DNA from: an uncultured archaeon
GTDB taxonomy: Archaea > Iainarchaeota > Iainarchaeia > Iainarchaeales > 0-14-0-20-30-16
Reading direction: 5' to 3'
Length of the DNA stretch: 8,023 nucleotides
Assembly (NCBI GenBank): GCA_964565725.1
Contig: CAZMGA010000025.1
Location: 1-8,023 of the forward strand
The notes below the pieces were generated by a model. That model was not told where the DNA came from. It ran no database searches and was given only the letters and a program-made list of their open reading frames with translations. The position numbers and the translations under genes are program-made. Each line of letters starts with the position of its first letter. The first letter of the stretch is position 1. Of the stretch, positions 6,510 to 8,023 are shown piece after piece.

Positions 6510-7154
6510 ATGGTAGAAAGTAAATTAAAAGTAGTATTATTGAATTATACTCCTAATCCTGTGAATACAGTCGCAAAATCAGCTAGGTTAAGTCATTATG
6601 GAAAATCTATTAGTGAATTAAATGAAATTATTACTGAAGAATATGCTATAGAATTAGTTAGAAGATTAATTGATATGGGGCACGATTCAGCTTTAGAAAA
6701 CGCAGTATTTACTTTTGGAGTAGAAGGAATATCTCGAGCATGTTCACATCAATTAGTGCGACATAGAATGGCAAGTTATGTTCAGCAAAGTCAAAGATAT
6801 GTTGCAGAAAAAGATTTTGATTTTATAATGCCTCCAACTATTGCTGAAAAGGAAGATGCAAAACAAATATTTTTAGACGAAATAGAAAGTATAAATAAAG
6901 CATACAAGAAACTTTGTGATATAGGTATAAAAAAGGAAGATGCAAGATTTTTATTACCTAACGCATGTGAAACAAAAATTATTTGCACATTTAATATGCG
7001 TTCTTTAATTAACTTTTTCAAATTAAGAATTAGTAATCATGCACAATGGGAAATTAGAGAGTTGGCTATAGAAATGTATAAATTGGTTAAAAATATAGCT
7101 CCGGTATTTTTAGAAAAATTAGATGAAGAAATAAATATTGATAAAATTAAATGA
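6510..7154 (+). CDS. thyX: FAD-dependent thymidylate synthase ThyX
   Basis: ThyX signature RHRMASYVQQSQRY (nt 6759-6800; RHRx7S), plus EDARFLLPNACETKIICTFNMRSLINFFKLRISNHAQWEIRELA. Confidence 0.97.
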   Translation: MVESKLKVVLLNYTPNPVNTVAKSARLSHYGKSISELNEIITEEYAIELVRRLIDMGHDSALENAVFTFGVEGISRACSHQLVRHRMASYVQQSQRYVAEKDFDFIMPPTIAEKEDAKQIFLDEIESINKAYKKLCDIGIKKEDARFLLPNACETKIICTFNMRSLINFFKLRISNHAQWEIRELAIEMYKLVKNIAPVFLEKLDEEINIDKIK

Positions 7155-7155
7155 T

Positions 7156-7641
7156 TTATTTTCTGTTTTTTAAAAAATAAAAAATAGATAAAACAATTAT
7201 TAAAATAGTATCTAAAAATAAATATGCTTCTTTTATATTTTCTAATAAATGAATTCTAAAACCGTAATCAAATAAAGGGTAAAATAATTTTAAGGAATAT
7301 GCTCCTCCTCCCAAAATTAAGTCTAAAATTAAATGTATAAAATATCCAAAAGCAATAAATAAAATATAATTAATAATTTTTTTGTCATTAATTTTTTTAA
7401 GGTTTTTTAAAATTACATAAACAATAATTAAAACAAAAGGTACAAAAAAACTGTGAAAAATACCCCCGTGCATAAATATATTAGATATTGGTAAAAATTT
7501 ATTTAAAATATTAAAACAAAAATCAAAATCTGGTAATAATCCAGAAAATATTGCTATAAGATACCAATGTTTTCCTAAATATTTTTTAAAAGGATAAATC
7601 ATTAATAAATTAATTAAAACATGTGTGCAAGGATTAGGCAT
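7156..7641 (-). CDS. DUF457/YdjM-like membrane-bound (putative metal-dependent hydrolase) protein
   Basis: MPNPCTHVLINLL, GLLPDFDFCFN, HGGIFHSF, FGYFIHLILDLILGGGAYSLKLFYPL: the conserved His/Asp pattern and TM layout of the YdjM/DUF457 superfamily. Confidence 0.75.
   Translation of the reverse strand: MPNPCTHVLINLLMIYPFKKYLGKHWYLIAIFSGLLPDFDFCFNILNKFLPISNIFMHGGIFHSFFVPFVLIIVYVILKNLKKINDKKIINYILFIAFGYFIHLILDLILGGGAYSLKLFYPLFDYGFRIHLLENIKEAYLFLDTILIIVLSIFYFLKNRK
7166..7187. terminator. Putative oligo-T terminator region between/within convergent thyX and the DUF457-like gene
   Basis: + strand T6A6 at 7166-7177 gives an oligo-T just after the thyX stop. The following A-tracts are oligo-T tracts on the - strand within the last codons of the DUF457-like gene. 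Confidence 0.35.
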
Positions 7642-7670
7642 AATTATAATAATAAGGAAACCTTTATAAT

Positions 7671-7679
7671 TATATATAA
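7671..7679 (+). promoter_or_regulatory. TATA-like element TATATATAA upstream of rfcS
   Basis: Centred about 26 nt upstream of ATG 7702, but the surrounding 7663-7690 region is almost entirely AT, so exact placement is uncertain. Confidence 0.35.
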
Positions 7680-7701
7680 TATATATAAATTAGGGTTGTT
7701 T

Positions 7702-8023
7702 ATGGATAATAATTTACCATGGGTTGAAAAATATAGACCAAAAACTTTAGATGAAGTTTATGGCAATAAATCTGTTTTAGATAGATTAAAGAAATATACG
7801 TATGATAGAAATTTGCCAAATATGATTTTTGCGGGTTCGGCAGGAACTGGAAAAACTACTTCTGCAATAGCTATTGCAAGATTATTATTTAAAGATAATT
7901 ATGAAAGAAATTTTTTGGAATTAAATGCTTCTGATGATAGAGGTATTGAAGTTGTAAGAAAAACGATAAAAGATTTTGCAAGAACTTTGCCTTTAGAAGC
8001 AGAATATAAAATTATTTTTTTAG
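7702..8023 (+). CDS. rfcS: Replication factor C small subunit, N-terminal part (runs off window edge)
   Basis: Manual translation: MDNNLPWVEKYRPKTLDEVYGNKSVLDRLKKYTYDRNLPNMIFAGSAGTGKTTSAIAIARDYFKDNYERNFLELNASDDRGIEVVRKTIKDFARTLPLEAEYKIIFL. The WVEKYRPKTLDE, GTGKTT and ELNASDDRGIEVVR motifs are diagnostic. Confidence 0.96.
   Translation, partial: MDNNLPWVEKYRPKTLDEVYGNKSVLDRLKKYTYDRNLPNMIFAGSAGTGKTTSAIAIARLLFKDNYERNFLELNASDDRGIEVVRKTIKDFARTLPLEAEYKIIFL

Noticed and set aside
6791-7021. - strand 76-aa ORF inside thyX
   Set aside because: Antisense to the conserved ThyX core; composition typical of spurious antisense ORFs.
7642-7701. AT dinucleotide-rich tract considered as a microsatellite or origin element
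   Set aside because: Short alternating AT runs are expected in a divergent promoter region of such an AT-rich genome; no iterated origin-box-like repeats visible.
7834-7857. Intein insertion in the RFC small subunit P-loop
   Set aside because: The translation runs uninterrupted through GSAGTGKTTSAIAIARD to the window edge; later insertion sites are outside the window.
1-8023. CRISPR array, transposon, toxin-antitoxin or defence island
   Set aside because: No regularly spaced repeats, transposase, recombinase, nuclease or TA-like pair found by reading both strands; every substantial ORF except the 80-aa hypothetical is attributable to a recognised family.

Overview
An AT-rich, tightly packed window with the gene content of an archaeal (probably DPANN-like) chromosome. 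On the + strand it holds the 3' end of secF, then secD, a small class III signal-peptide (pilin-like) protein, a small conserved-looking hypothetical, and a divergent replication factor C large subunit. On the - strand, an M50/site-2 protease homologue lies upstream of a two-domain protein: a UPF0200/dephospho-CoA-kinase-like P-loop kinase fused to dCMP deaminase. Next, on the + strand, come glyA (SHMT) and thyX, apparently as an operon. A - strand DUF457/YdjM-like membrane protein follows, and the window ends with the 5' end of the + strand RFC small subunit (absent from the ORF track because it is open at the edge). I see no CRISPR array, RNA gene or mobile element, and no convincing wholly new system. 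The observations most worth a second look are: (1) the kinase-dCMP deaminase fusion close to glyA-thyX, which groups most of a de novo dTMP route; (2) an RFC large subunit with a DDID Walker B, an eroded N-terminal box and a C-terminus that stops midway through the PIP box, where its stop codon overlaps that of the convergent gene; (3) a consistent initiation pattern, with TATA boxes about 26 nt from first-gene start codons and intra-operon TGA stops embedded in GGTGAT-type Shine-Dalgarno sites; (4) a palindrome straddling the glyA-thyX TATA-like box; (5) a 10-bp perfect inverted repeat across the secD stop.
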